Numbered from the stretch's first letter, positions 1 to 14,685 are shown. The stretch: 64,000 nt of DNA from the human T2T-CHM13v2.0 reference genome, Homo sapiens (GCF_009914755.1 NC_060925.1); one strand, 5' to 3'. Program-made: numbers and translations. Notes: a model not told the origin generated them from the letters alone.

Positions 1-2512
1 ACACAGAGTCAAGTTGACATTGATACCTGGAGTCCTGAAGGATCATCAGGACCCCCTATTAGAGTAGAATTTTATAGTGATCAGGTAACAAATGGAGTCT
101 TGGCAAAGGCCCGGCATTGGGTCTACTAGGCCTGTGGACTCACCAGTAGTCATATCCTCTGTTCCTGCATGCATAAACTGGATTGGCATACTTAGCATTG
201 GTGTAAGCCAAACATAGGGTACTTGACCAGTAGGTAACAGCTGCTATAGTGGAGAAGGCCAAATGGAATATTGTATCTTCCTCTGGTCAAAATAGTAAAT
301 CAAAAGCAATATGTCATCCTTGGGGGGATAGTGGAGATAAGAGCCACTATTAAAGCATGTGGGGGCATTGTTTTTTTATCATATCCCCATTTAATTCATC
401 AACTAGGCTCTGCAGAAACTGAACAGATCCTGAGGAATGACTGTACACTACTGCAAGCTTAACTATGTAGCAGCTCCAATTAATCACAACCATCATGCCA
501 ACAGCAGATTATTACAAACTCAGGTATGTTGCATGGGGCCATTAACTTGGTGAATACATCCCTATTCTGTTTAGAATAGAATTTCTGTTTAGAGTGAAAG
601 CAATTTGTATTCATATGGAATGGATAACATTATAAACTTAGAGTTTGTTCCCAAGATATGTTAACTCCCATTCTTTCTATCATAATTCAGTCCAAAGATG
701 ACTGGAACATTGTGATGTTCCACAGAAAATCACATTGATCCACATTGATGACATTATGTTGATTGGGCCTGATGAGCAAGTGGTTACTAACACATTTGTG
801 GCTTTAGGAAAGCACATGTACTCTAGAATTCGGGAGAGGAGCACTAAAAAGATTCAGGGGCCAAACATATCTGTAAAATCTGTATTGATTTAGTAGAGCT
901 GCACCAAGCCATTCTCTTCAAAGTGAAGACAAATTATTGCATCTTGCACTTTCTACCAGGATGAATGAAGAATATTTCAGGTCCTCGTGGCTGCATATTC
1001 AACACCTAGAAACATGGCTTTGGACTAGATACAGAGTGGTGCAAAAGTCTACCAGCTTTGAGTGAGGGCCCAGAATAGGAGAGGGCTCTTCAGCAGGCCC
1101 AGGCTGTGGTATGAACCATCTTGCCACCTCATTCTCCTATGACATTAGAAGTATCAGTGCTGGGAAAAGATGCCATGCAGGGTTTGCAGGAAAATCCCTT
1201 TGCAGCCTCTGGGATTCTAAAGCAGAATCTTGCCCTCTGCTGAAGAGAATTACACACCTTTTGAAAAGCAACTCTTGTTATGTTACTCTACCCTGGTGAA
1301 ACAGAGGCCTGACTATGATTATGCAGCTGGAACTTCCCATCATGAGCTGGATCCTGTTAGACCCACCATGTCCTAAGGTTCATGGGCCCAGCAGCAATCC
1401 ACTGTGGGATGGACTTGGCATCTCTGAAATTGAGCTCAAGCAGAGCCAGAGGGCATGAGTAAACTGCATACTCCCCATGGTATCCACCACTCTTGTACGA
1501 GTACCCCTTCCTCAGCTTTCATCTATGGCTCTTTGGAGATTCTAAAAGGGGGAGGAAAAAGCCCAAGCTTGGTTTATGTAAGAATGAGTTATGTAACCAG
1601 GAGCAAGCTGAAAATGGACAGCAGCCTCATGCAGCCTCATTAGGAGTGGTTTCAAAAAGCAATGGCAGGAGGAAATCTTCTCAACAGGTGACTGTTCTAA
1701 CAATGCACCTGTTCATGCACTTTGCGTGGAAGAAGTGGCCTGACATTTGAATATAAATGAACTCCTAAGCAGTAGTAAATAACTTAGCCAGATGATCAGG
1801 GTCCTGAAAGGAAACAGACTGGAATATTGGGTACAAATAAATCTTAGATGGAGACACATGAAAGAAGATAAGTGTGAATATCTTCAAATTAATATCCACC
1901 AAAGAGCATCCACTACCGAAGAGGCACTAAATACCTATAATATACTGATAGAGTATATTAAATTATTCAGCACATAATGGGCACTGGAGCAAAGTGGCAT
2001 GGTTACAGAGATGAAAGCCTGAGCTCAAAACCATGCATTCCCAATTACAAAGGCTGATCTAGCTACTACTGTGACTGAACAGTCAAAGTGACAGTGAAAG
2101 AGACCAATACTGAACACTCAATTTGTCACTATTTCTCCAAAATACCATCTATGCATTTGATGACAAGTAGACTACATTGAGGCCCATATCTCAAAGGGCC
2201 AGCAGTCCACCTTCACAAGAACTCTTAATCCACATATGCATTTGCCTTTCTTGTTCACAGAGCCTCAGCCAGCACCACTATCTGGTGTACCTAATAGGAA
2301 GAATATATAGTTACAAGAACCAAAGGGTTGGGTAATGAGTAGTCTTATCATCACATCCAGTAACTTCATACTTTGTGTCCCTAAAACTCTGCACAGTTAC
2401 AGTTCTGGGTCCTCAAAAATGGCACACTTTTCAGGGGAACACAATGAGAGTCCCACTGAATTACAAGCTACAGTGTCACAGTATAAAAGAGTGGGTCTGG
2501 TTGGGAGTAGAA
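1..2512 (+). mobile_element. Degraded ERVL-class (class III) endogenous retrovirus internal region, protease/RT/RNaseH/integrase remnants (HERV16/ERV3-16A3-like); runs off the window start
   Basis: RT motif remnant cac-att-gat-gac-att-atg-ttg-att-ggg (HIDDIMLIG) at 741-767; collinear similarity to the ERVL pol at ~60000-62900 in this window; purine-rich tract before a TG-starting LTR at 2513; many stops and deletions. Confidence 0.75.
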
Positions 2513-3113
2513 TGTGGTAGACAGAAAGAAGTATAATCCAGATAACCCTGCAAAAAAGGAACTGCTGCTCCACTGAGCAGAATGCAGTAAAAATCCCCTT
2601 CCAGTTCTGCCTCAACTGTAGAAAGTGGGATTACCCAAAGTCATGTCCTTCACAAAACAACCTACATCCAGTCACTGAGAAAAGTAAGGTTATAAAGGCT
2701 AGCCATTTTGTCTGATGTCTCCAGTGGTCTGCTGAAGTCAGCTAGTACCATCTTGAAAAGTGAAGTATGTCCATTTCTTCCTGATTCTCTGCTTAGTGAC
2801 ATCAAGTTGGTGCCCTGAACTTGGCCATGGTAAGAGTATTTACATCATGGAATACAAATTCTCCCCCAGAATGCCAGTTGTTAAACATTTATCAGTGTAG
2901 CACTGGGGAGGGGAGCTTTATTAGGCAATAGTAACTCCATAGCTCAGTGCCAGGTTGGCAGAGGCTTTACTGAGACTGCATCACAGTTCTCCTTCCTCCT
3001 CTCCCCAATATTTCTTCTCTCTCATTTCTTTCCAAGATATTGACCCCCTACTAAACACTCTGTGCCCCAAATTCCATCTTAGTATCTGCTTCTGGAGAAT
3101 CCAGCCTGAAATA
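2513..3113 (+). mobile_element. LTR16-family LTR (3' LTR of the preceding ERVL-class element), interrupted by MER63
   Basis: Starts tgtggtag; TATA-like ttataaagg near 2690; ends with LTR16-type ...ctaaacact...ccatcttagtatctgcttctggagaatccagcctgaaata. Confidence 0.7.
2721..2906 (+). mobile_element. MER63-like hAT non-autonomous DNA transposon
   Basis: Terminal inverted repeats ccagtg.../...cactgg; internal gccatggtaagagtatttacatca and gttgttaaacattt; similar to the copy at 24893-25120. Confidence 0.65.
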
Positions 3114-3742
3114 TTACATTCTGTAGTATAAATCTTATCATACAGCACTTTTTAAAAATGGTGCACTTATTTCAATGAATTATATACAATAATACTTTGA
3201 GACAGACTTTTGTACACCTCAGTGATGGAATTTTAATTCTCTACACCCTAAAGAAACCTAAATGATAAGCAAAAACCACCTACGTTAAAAATACAAACTT
3301 TTGTTAGTTTTGATAGGCACATCCACATGAAAATAGGGGTACTAGATCCAAATATCACAGAGAAGATGATTCAATTACAATGAAAGGTTCATGATAAAAA
3401 TTTCCATTTGAAATATGTGAAGAAAATCCATCCAGTACTAGTTACACAATCACCTCCACATACAAAGCCAGCCCCAACAAGGCTTTCTTAACCGTACTTT
3501 AAGATCTTAAACCATATAAACACTTAGTAGACACACAAAATATTCAATTAAAAATTGGATTAAAATCCCAAAATACTCTTAGGCCTGGAAAATACCTTTA
3601 AAGAATAGACTAATTTTTTATGACTTTGGAGAAAACAGGAATATCGATTTATCAGTGCCAAGAGGAGCCAGCTCCAATGCAGAAATGGCTTGGCAAATTA
3701 AAGGCAAGAACAGAGGGCCAAGACCTTTGGTCCAAGACATGG

Positions 3743-3774
3743 GGAAGGTGTTTCCTAGGAAGGTGTTTCCTAGG
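3743..3774. repeat. Perfect 15-bp tandem duplication (ggaaggtgtttccta x2)
   Basis: Read directly from the sequence. Confidence 0.9.
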
Positions 3775-4222
3775 TCTTATATTAATGTTATCCACTGCAA
3801 CACACTACTACAACACACCCACGCCCACCCACACTGCCACACCCCCCAAAACCATTGCCTCAAGTATCCTTCCAGACTCTTCTTCCAGAATACATATGAT
3901 TACTTTGTGTGCTTTCTTTGGCTTCCCCATTTTGAGGCAATTTATTAAAGATAAAGACAGATCCCATACATGATGTTTCGGCTTGTCTCTGGCTTCCTAG
4001 ACTGTCCCTGCCCTGGTGAAGTGAACACCACTTTCTCTTTGAAGCCTATCCCAGAACTATGAATCTGCCCTAACCTCGCTCAGGATTTGGACTTTAGCTT
4101 TGGGAAGCAGATCTAGGCTAGCTCCATCCGCTTGTGGGCCTAGCTCCTGAGGCCACAGCTAGGGAGCATGTTGTAGCTCTCTTCTCCATCCTAGGTATCC
4201 GAAATGAAAGATCAGACTGACC

Positions 4223-4490
4223 CTTTTTCACTCTGTCGCCCAAGCTCGAGTGCAATGGCACCATCATAGCTCACTGCAGTCTTGACCTCTCGGGCTCAGA
4301 TGATTCTCCCATCTCAGCCTACTGAGTAGCTGGGACTACAGGCAGGGGTGCACCACCACACCGGGCTAATTTTTAATATTTTTGTAAGGACGGGGTTTTG
4401 CCATGTTGCCCAGGCTGGTCTTGAACTCCTGGTGCATCAAGTGATCCTACCAAAGAGCTAGGATTACAGGCATGAGCCACTGCATCCATC
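4223..4490 (-). mobile_element. AluJ-type SINE
   Basis: Antisense Alu with J diagnostics (catcatagctcactgcag, ttgcccaggctggtcttgaactcctgg); tail eroded. Confidence 0.9.
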
Positions 4491-4840
4491 TGAGACTCAC
4501 TAACTTTTGATGGCTTTGGGGAACAGGAATGATGGCAACATTCCTAGAACATGAAAGTTCTATTTTTAGCAGGTTGTGGAATTTTATTCACCAGAGTTCC
4601 AGTAAGGCCGATTCTTGGGGTAAAAGCCATGATAGTGAAGATGTGACCACATTTTCCAAAGGGGTCTCCCCAACAGGGAGGCCATGTGTCACAGCATAGC
4701 ATTTGAAGTTGAAGCTTAGAGTTAAAAGCAGTGGACCGAAAAGCACAATGATGATGAGACAGTGGGAATGGAGGTAGGGAATAAGGAAAGCAGGAAGAGA
4801 AAGTTTTGAAAAAAGGAGTTATGTTTAAAGATGAATTTAA

Positions 4841-5144
<304 letters not shown>

Positions 5145-5711
5145 TTAAAAGAATATTTCATTTTTTATATTGTGGGACATCCTGCACAACACTTCTACAG
5201 AGACCTTAAGTATAGACCTATGTTATTCTTCAAGGTTTCTGGAGGCAATTCACTATTTCTTTAAATGTTTTTGCCATGAAGCCCAATAAAGTTTTATTTA
5301 TTTTTCTCCTCCCATATCTCTCTAATGTCTCTTCAAACATCAGATAATGGAATTTAAGTTTCTTCAACAAACAACTCAAGAAAATATCTTTATTGGAGAA
5401 ACTGGAAATTATGCAGAAAAATAGAACAAAAAGTTAAGATCTTAGTCCTGAAGCATTAACCACTAACTGGCCTCCAGCACTTCCAGCATCATGAGGGATC
5501 AGTGTGTCCCAGGACCCAAAAACCCATTCTGCCAATCCTTGGAGATACATTTAAGATCACCCTCAATTTCTCTTTAGTGATCTCAGTCTTTTCTGTATTT
5601 CCTTTTTTTATGTTCCAATTTTTCTTCTCTAGCTTTTTCAGGCACCCAACACCACCACTCCTACTTTTTGGGAAAGTGAGGGAATTATTCTTATTCCTTT
5701 ATATCTTAATA

Positions 5712-5915
5712 TAGGAGTGACAAATGGTTATCATCCTACTTGCTAACTAGTCAATTCATGCAGTGGCTGCCTGAAGGCTGCCTCGGAAACCTTCTCAACA
5801 CAGTATGGGGGAGCGTGTAAGGGGGAGTGTGCTGTGATTAGTCAATTCATTCTTGATGTATGTGATGGGTAGGAGAATGAGTGGTGTCACTGTACAGCTT
5901 ATTTATGAAATCTGC
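5712..5915 (+). mobile_element. Old hAT-Charlie MITE (MER117-like)
   Basis: ~200 bp resembling the recalled consensus (gtgacaaatgg..., agtggctgcctg, gagtgtgctgtgattag). Confidence 0.4.
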
Positions 5916-5979
5916 CTTTGTGTAAACTTTGTCAACATTTTACCCTGATCCCAATTCCATCAGAACACTTGTACTTTTC

Positions 5980-6220
5980 AAAAACTTTGATTATTAAATG
6001 GTTTAGTTATCTAAAAATGTAAAGACAATAGAGTAATGCACCTGTTTTATCCACTATCCACATCCAACAAGTATTATCAATAAATGGACAGTCTTCTTTC
6101 AGCTACACATCTAACCACCATCTCCTCACCTCAGGATTATATTGAAACAAATGCCAGAAATCAAATTGTTTCAACTGAAAATATTTCAGTATATATCTCT
6201 AAGGACAAAAGAACACTTTT
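5980..6220 (-). mobile_element. Old L1MC/L1ME 3'-end fragment
   Basis: ggattatattgaaacaaatgccaga...aaatatttcagtatatatctcta resembles the antisense L1MC 3' UTR. Confidence 0.55.
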
Positions 6221-6369
6221 AATATGTGCATTGTCCATTTCCTCCTAATAAATGAATGAAAGACTTTCCCACAGCAGGAGTTTTTAGAAGATAGGTGCCC
6301 TCCTCTGGACTGCTGAACTCACATAATACAGCACTTTGCTGCCTGTTTCAAGGATGGTCATTTAAGAAT

Positions 6370-6660
6370 TGCAGATAACTGCATTCAGCTAGAATGGAAA
6401 CTTTTGCCTGATTTTTCTGAAGGGCAGAATCTATCAGCAAATGCAAAGGTAGAGAGTGCAGATAAATGAGAAGTGAGTAGTAGGTAATGAGACATAATGT
6501 GAGTAAGGCTCTTCCATGCACGCTTGAGACAAAGCAACCAACATTCCTCTGATTTCATTAAGATAACAACCAAATTGACCAGTGGCCAACAAAAATGATA
6601 CAGCTCAGGGAGATGGGCAGATGTATTTTGATAAAACAATGGTTTATTATCAGATAAACT
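6370..6660. promoter_or_regulatory. Candidate GATA-site cluster (possible enhancer)
   Basis: Seven WGATAR matches at 6373, 6431, 6460, 6561, 6629, 6647 and 6652 in apparently non-repeat sequence. Confidence 0.3.
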
Positions 6661-8349
6661 ATTCAATAAAGAGTTTTAGTAGATTTTGGTTCCTAATTCT
6701 AAACAGTATCAATAAAGGTTTAAGAAGATTAGGAAAACTAGCCTCATATCCCATTTCCTAAAAGGAAGTAAGCCCGGAAGGTGAATTTTAGTCACGAGAG
6801 ACTGGAATCAGCTCTATGCGTAACTAACTAATCTGCCTATTCTTGGCGAAGCCATGATAAGTAAGCAAATGCCAAATAATCGACCATATGACCTTGATGA
6901 TCTAAAAGGGCCATTTAAACTAGCCAACTCTTTCTTCAACCCACTGCTTCTTTGTCTCCTAATAACCACAGCCTAAATTGTAATCCAGTTCCTAAAAAAA
7001 AAAATGCTTTTCCTATGCAATGTCTGTGCTTGCTCTCTGCATCCACTTTTTATTGACACACTAATACAAGCTCCAGAACAACACTAGCCATTCTGCGCTG
7101 TTCACCCTGGCTCGTGGGAGACTCCATTGCCGTATCCAGGGCCTCCTCATTTCCAGTGTATTCCAATTTACTCAAGCTGCTCCTTTGGGCTGTTTCATTT
7201 CCTCTCACCCAGATGTATGCCCTTCCAGGAAATGTCCATGAATAATACTCAGGCTTCATAAAGCACATTAAGTAAACCCCTGCATGAGTTTGCATCACTT
7301 AATCCCCCTTCCTTAGAAAGTGGATTACTCAAAGCAAGCTGTCTGACTGTTAACAAATGTTGAGCAAACAGCAAGCAGCATCATGTCCATTGTTCAGCTT
7401 GAGCCCCTCCACCTTACACAGAGCAAAGCCAGCTCATCTCAGTGAAGGAATCCATCTGTTTGGTGATCTCTCATATGCACATCTTGACTGTGCTTTACCA
7501 TATGCTTTATGCTTAATGCATACAGTCTTCTGGAGTGTTTTGAGATGAAAGGCACAAGAAAAATGTAAGTTCTCACTACTACTCGCAGTATAACTTTGCC
7601 ACAATCTACTTTACTAGAGCAAGCATAAAATTACACATTTTCCCAATCATCAGGTAAAATATAGAATATTCTTTTCTATGCACAAAGCAAACCCATATGA
7701 GATTTAATAATAACTTGGACAAATATTATTTTATTGTTATTTTATAGTATGCTGCTGTACTTTCTTTTTATGCATCATTCTCTTCACAAAATGCAAAGAA
7801 TTGTCCCTCAGTGATTGTTTGGTGTCTGACTACTGCAAATAAAAGGGAAACTCCTTCAATCATCTCTTCCCTCTTACGGAAGGAGCAATTGCCTAACAGA
7901 GTAAGAGACAGAGTGGAAGGGGACCATCATGGTGAAAATTTCAAAACCACATTGGGAAGAAGAAAATGGTAGGGGTGTTTCAACCCACTGGCCGTAGGGC
8001 TTCATGTGGCTCCTTAGAGCTTCCTATGCAGAGCTTGAGGCATCTGCAGAAAAACTACAATTTAGTTACAGTAACAGTTTCTAGAAATAGGGAGTTAAAA
8101 CATAAAAGACTATTGAGTATAAATCAACTATGTATTTAAATTTCAAATTTTCCCTAAAAAAACCACATCATTGGCCCAGTAGATTTACAGCAGAGGACAC
8201 TGTGACCATCAGAGCTGCCTTATGATGTGCTGGAAGGATGGCCTCACAAAGTGGTGAGAACTCCAGCATTGAACATGTTTAGTTAAAACCAGATGATAAT
8301 GTGCCAGGGACACTGAAGAGAAGATTCCTCGGGTGAAAAATTTCTGGAA

Positions 8350-9270
8350 GGTATCCTTCCTCTCTTTCCCTCACATCACTTCCGACTCTGCTTATACAAA
8401 ATCCTATTTGTCTACAACCAAAATATTTCAGTCCACTTTATTTTCACTGCTCCACCCTAGGCAAAGTCATGATTATCTCATGCCTAAACACTATGATTGG
8501 CACCTCTCCAGTCTCCTCTTCTTAACCAGACTCCATTTTCACCCAGAAAATTGTAAGACAAATTATGTCACTCTTCTGCTTAAAATACCTAGCACTTAGA
8601 ATGAAACCCCAAATCTCTGCTTTGGTCTAGAAGGTCGTGCAGGATTTAGATCTCCTGTCTTTCCGGACTCACCTCTTTCTCTCTCCCCTTCTCTTACTAC
8701 TTTCTGGCTACAGTAATCCCCTTTCTATGCCTTAAGCAGTTCAAACTCTCACTTCAGAGGCTTTTCACTGTTCTTCCCTCTTTCTCAACATTCTTTCTTT
8801 TGACTCTTTTTATAGTCAGTATCTTTTTGTCTCTGAAATCTCAGCTTGAGTGTCATCATCTCTAAGAGACATCGTCATCCGGGTATGCATTGCACTCTCA
8901 GTTACTCTCTATCAGTGCTCCTGCTTCTCTGGATGACCCTCTGAAATATTGTCATATATGTTTATGTACTTCAACTTATCTTTTCCCCAAGAACATTATC
9001 TTCATGAGGACAGAGACAGTTCCTATGTGTCTTTGCTACAAAAGAGCAAAGACTGACACGAATACCCACCCTGTTCTCCAGAGGCACACTATTTTTTATC
9101 TCTGTTAAAGTCCCTACCATAGACTACCTTTTTTTAAAATATTAAGTTTGTCCTCCACAAACAAAATGTAACCTCTGCAGTCAAGAACATGGATCGGATT
9201 CATTCCTTTGTTCCCACAGCACCTACAAACTGTGCTTTCATAGATTTGCTCAATAAATATTAGTTGAGGA
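8350..9270 (+). mobile_element. L2 LINE 3' region
   Basis: L2 motifs (atgtcactcttctgcttaaaa, tctcagcttgagtgtca) ending in gctcaataaatattagttga. Confidence 0.7.
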
Positions 9271-9399
9271 AAATGCTGCCCTTTTAAAGTCCTCTTAACA
9301 TTCTACCTTTGAAACTATGTAGCTCATTATACAACAGTTATCTATTAGAGATAGGAGACATATAGGAGCTGAGAGAGAATTTTCAGAATAACCCTCTGC

Positions 9400-9733
9400 A
9401 ACTAATTGCTTGCTATTGTATCTCCCAGATCCATGTGTGTCTTTTCTGTTATGCTTCATACCCCTAGAAGGATGGCCTCTGATGACAACATTCTCCATGC
9501 TTCCTTTCCCAGCTGGCAATGGGAAACATTCACTGGAGAATGGAAGGCAGAAGAAGAAAGATCAGGGTATTTCTTCATTATTCACTCACCTCTCTAAATG
9601 CAGCTCCACATCCATGGTTCTGGAAATCCCTTTTGGTTTTACACCTTCATTAAAAAGTCATCTCTTCATTAAAGTTCTTTTATTTGAACCTCCTGGGGTG
9701 AGTTCTGTTTTGCTGTGACCCTGACTTCTATAT
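9400..9733 (+). mobile_element. LTR33-like ERVL solo LTR
   Basis: ctcccagatcca..., ggcaatggga...cagggtattt, cttcattaaa...ttctgtttt..gaccctgact end. Confidence 0.6.
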
Positions 9734-11118
9734 TCCTGTACATCATGAGTAGCTAAGACAGTCAAATTTTTCCAAGATATAAAGTTTTAAGACAAAATTT
9801 CTCAAGAGACCTGGAAGAGTTCAAGAAAAAGAGCTATCATTAGAATCAAATCAAAGATAGAACATGTAAGAATGAGGTGAAAATCTTGAAATAAATCTAT
9901 GAGTTAAGAGAACAGCATTAAAAAGTAAATGAAAAGAGCCCCTGGAGCTAGAAATAATGTTAGAGAATTAAGGAGATGGAGGTTTGGGGAAGGAACTACA
10001 CCACTGATAAAAGTAACAGAAAGATATATGTTAGCATGCTTAATAGAATAGACACTTCATGGTTTTATAGTCAATGGCATGCCTATAATTTTAACCAAGT
10101 ATGGAATTCAGGGGTTTGAAAGAAAGGTGACATTATTTTATTCAACTTTTAAAGTGTGTTTGTTTGGGTTGACTCCTACATTTGACTGTGTGAAAGCCTT
10201 GGGTCAGCAGACATGCGGAAGTCTCTCTGGAAAATCTGTATTACTAGAAAGCCGTTAATATAATGTACAATGAAATTTACATGTGGCAGGGACAGCACCT
10301 ATTCATGTGAGCAAATTGTTACATTTGGCTTTACCTCGCCAAAAAGAATTTTGAATTTGGTCTCCCTCTCTCTCACTGTCTCCTTCTTTGTCATATAATT
10401 TACATACAACAAACTGCACATATTAAAAACTGTATAATTTGATGAGTTTTGACATATGTGTATAACCATGAAACCATCATTAAGTCAAGACAGTGAATAC
10501 ATCCATCACACCAAAAGTTTCCTCATGCCATTTGGAAACCCTCCTGTCTACTTCTTTCTACCATTCCTTCTTTCTCATCCACCAGGAAACTCTTTATCTG
10601 CTTTCTACCAGAGAATATCTTTAGTTCTCTAGAATTGTATACAAATGTAATTATAGAGTATGTCCTTTTTGAGTTTGGCTTCTTTAACTCAGAATAATTA
10701 TTCTGATATTCATCCATGTTGTACAATGTGACAATAGTTCATTGTTTTTACTGCTAAGTAATATTCCATTGCATGGATATACCACAGTACTCACCTGTTG
10801 ATGGCCAACTGGGATGTTTACAGTTTGAGGCGAATATAAGATTGCTATGAAAATCTGTACAAGTCTTTTATAGACATAAGCTTTCATTTCTTTGGGGTAA
10901 ATGCATAGGAATAAAACAGCTAGGATATATGGTAAATTTTTGCTTAACTTTCCTAATGTTTTTCCAAAGTGATTGTACCATTTTGGATTTCAACCAGCAG
11001 TGCATGAGAATTCCAGTTGCTCTACAGCCTTGCCAACATGTGATATGGTCATTCTTTTTAATTATAGCCATTCTATTAGGGAAGTAGTAGTAATTCAGGG
11101 TGGTTACTTTTGAATTGA

Positions 11119-11550
<432 letters not shown>

Positions 11551-12461
11551 TGTAATGTACAACTTTAAGTTACTGTAGTATACCTACAAGTGATAGTATA
11601 CGGCTTCACATATAATGTATGAACTTTATAGTAGTATACTTACATTTTTCTCTTTTTGTCCTTTAGGCTATTATTGTCATACATTTTGCTTTTACATATG
11701 TTATAAACCCCACACTACATTAATATTATTTTTGTTTAAATGTTAATTTAGGGTCACAGATTTAAATGTAAGAAAAAGCTCTTATATATTTACCCATGTT
11801 GTAGTTGTTTCTAGCCTTCATTTCTTTGTTATGGTTGAAATTGTCATCTGGTGTCATTTTCCTTTTTCCTAAAAACTTCCTTTAATATCTCTTGTACAGT
11901 GAATGTGCTGACGATAAATACTTTCAACTACTGTGTGTATGAAAAAAGTATTTTGCCTTCAAATGTGAAATACATTTTCATTGAATATAGGATTCTGGAG
12001 TGACATCTTTTTTTTTCTTTCAGTATTTTAAAGACATTTGTCTACTGTGTTCTGGCTTCCATTGTTTCTGACAAAAAAAAAATCTTCTGCTACATTAATC
12101 TTTCATGCTTTAAATGTAATATGGTGTTAGCAAATTGATTATGTTGGGCCTTGGTGTAATTTTCTTCATGTCTCTTATGCTTGGGGTCATTATGCTTCTT
12201 TGATATGTGATTATAGGTTTTATTAAGTTTCACAAATTTTTGGCTATTATTTTTTCAAATATTTTTTCCAAACCCCCTCTCCTCCAACAGTTACACTTAC
12301 ATGTATATTAGGTTTCTTAACAGCTTTTCCACAGCTCTCTAGTGTTCTTTTAATGGTATTTTTGTTTTTCCTTCCTGTGTTTAATTTTGAAAAGTTTCTA
12401 TTACGATATTGTTATGTTCACTAATCTTTTCTTCTCTCTAATATATTGTTAAGACCTTCAG

Positions 12462-12533
12462 TGTATGTATGTGTATGTTTGTGTGTGTATATACATGTAT
12501 ATGTATATATACATGTATGTTACACATACATAT
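12462..12533. repeat. (TG/TA)-rich microsatellite
   Basis: Read directly from the sequence. Confidence 0.8.
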
Positions 12534-12771
12534 AAAACTTCAGACATTATAGTTTTAGCTCTAAAATTTTGATTTGGTTATTTTTATATCTTCCATGTCT
12601 TTATTTCAGATTGTGTATATCTAAATGCAGTAATAATAATCATTTTAATATACTTGTCTGCTAATTTTAACATCTATGTCAGCTCTGCACTGATTTTGAC
12701 AGATTTAGTCTTTTTTCTAAAAGTAGTACTTTTTTTCTAAAGTACATAGTACTTTCTTCCCTCTTCATATG

Positions 12772-13137
12772 TCTAATTAATATATTTGGGCTGATGTAGC
12801 AAAATACCATAAACTGGATAGCTTATAAATAACAGCAATTTATTCCTCACAGTTCTAGAGGCTGGTAAGTCCAAAATCAAGGTGACAGCAAATTTGGTAT
12901 CTGGTGAGGTCCCACTTTCTCATACATGGTGCCTTCTCACTATGTCTTCTTCACATAGTGGAAGAGGCAATGCAGCTCTCTTAACTCCTTTTACAAAAAC
13001 ACCAATTCCATTTTTGAGGGCTCTGCCATCATGACCTAATTACCTCCCAAATGGTCCCACATCCTAATACCATCACCTTGGGGGTTAAGATTTCAACATT
13101 TGAATTTTGGGAAGACATAAATATTCAGGCTATAGCA
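12772..13137 (-). mobile_element. MLT1A-like MaLR solo LTR
   Basis: cacagttctagaggctggtaagtccaaaatcaagg...ctaataccatcaccttgggggttaagatttcaacat...ctatagca. Confidence 0.85.
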
Positions 13138-14537
13138 CTAGTAATTTTTTATTGAATGTCATCCATCATGTATTTTACCCTCTTGTGTTCAGATGTTTTT
13201 TGTTTTCTTATGAATATTCTTGAGCTTTGTTCTGTGATTTAGCTTAGTTACTTGGAAGCAATTGAATCTTTTGTGCCTTGCTTCTAAGATTTGATAAGGA
13301 GTACCAGGATTGTATTTAATCTAGGAATAATTATTTTTGCACTATTGAGGCAATATTGTTCTGTGTATTCTACCCAATCCTTCATAATCATAAGGTATAC
13401 TAGTCTCACTGGAGCAAAGCATGTTTCCCAGATCTGGGTGAATGTCAGGCATGTTACCTTTAATTCTTTCAGGTTGCTCTTTCCCTAATATTTGATAGTT
13501 TTCTCACATACATATGTTGGTCAGTACTCAGCTGAATACTGAATGGTAACCCCTTGCAGATCTCCTGAGCTCTCTCTGTGCAGCTCTCTCTTCTCTGGTA
13601 CTCCACTCTATAAACTTGAGCCACTTTCACCTTCCTAATTTCTCAACTTTATATCCTCAACTCAAGGGGTGTATAAATGTAGAGTTTGGAGAATAACTAG
13701 TTTAAATACAGTTAGCTGAAAGAATGAAGGTTAAAAAATGTTAACAAGGATAAGGGGTGACGAGGCAGGAAGTAGGAGATTGGATCAGGGAAGAAGATCT
13801 CAGTTGCCAGGAGTTCATACATTAAGGAAAGGAAGGTACATGTAAGACCTATAATGATTAACTTCACTTAGTTTGGTTTATGTGAAAAATTTCAGGATAT
13901 GCAATTAAATTTGAATTATTTTTAAATCACTTTTGGTTGTCAAATTCTTTTGTTTTGGTTTATTTTGAATATTGTACCACGCACAAACTGGAACACTGGT
14001 TTTTATGTGGATTATACTCTCATGCACTTTCAAAAGCCTACAGTTTTCCATGTGCTTTTTCTTGTATTTGAAAAGGTATATTTTAGATACCTTGACTTCA
14101 TTAAATTCTTTGCATCCTTTTGTATCCAACAAAAGTGTCATTTTCTCCATGAAGTCTTCCACCTCTGCCTCCTGCTGAGCCCGTTTTTGTCCCTTCTCTG
14201 TTCCGTAGTTCTTTGTTTCTACAACAAATCTTACATACGCTATATTGTATACTACTTACTTGTTTATCTGCTATTTTTCTCAGCAGACTGAGAGCATATG
14301 AAAGGCAGGAACCACATCTCAATCACTTTTGATTGAGCTTCTCAGTACCTCTGTAAGATAATATATCTCCTCATTCTCGTATAGACTGAAATATTCTGTA
14401 TCTGACAGACATGTGATTTAGACCTCACTTTTTGTCCCAAATTTAATCCTTCAAAAAGCTAGAGTTATCATAAGACTATTAAAGTAATGAATTGTCTTTA
14501 CCAGTTTGGCATTACTTGAACCATGTGCTTTATTTCT

Positions 14538-14685
14538 GGTTCCAAATCTGGCTGTGCATCAGAATTTCCCATCCCTGACCTGCAAATCAAAATTTCAGAA
14601 GAGTGATTCCCAGGGATATGTATTTCAAAATAGGCATCAGGGTGAGTCTAGTCATTGACAGATGCCTTAGTTTGTTCATAGTTAA
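14538..14685. mobile_element. MER5-like hAT fragment
   Basis: ggttccaaatctggctgtgcatcagaat...aatcaaaatttc...tgtatttcaaaa...cagggtga. Confidence 0.45.
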
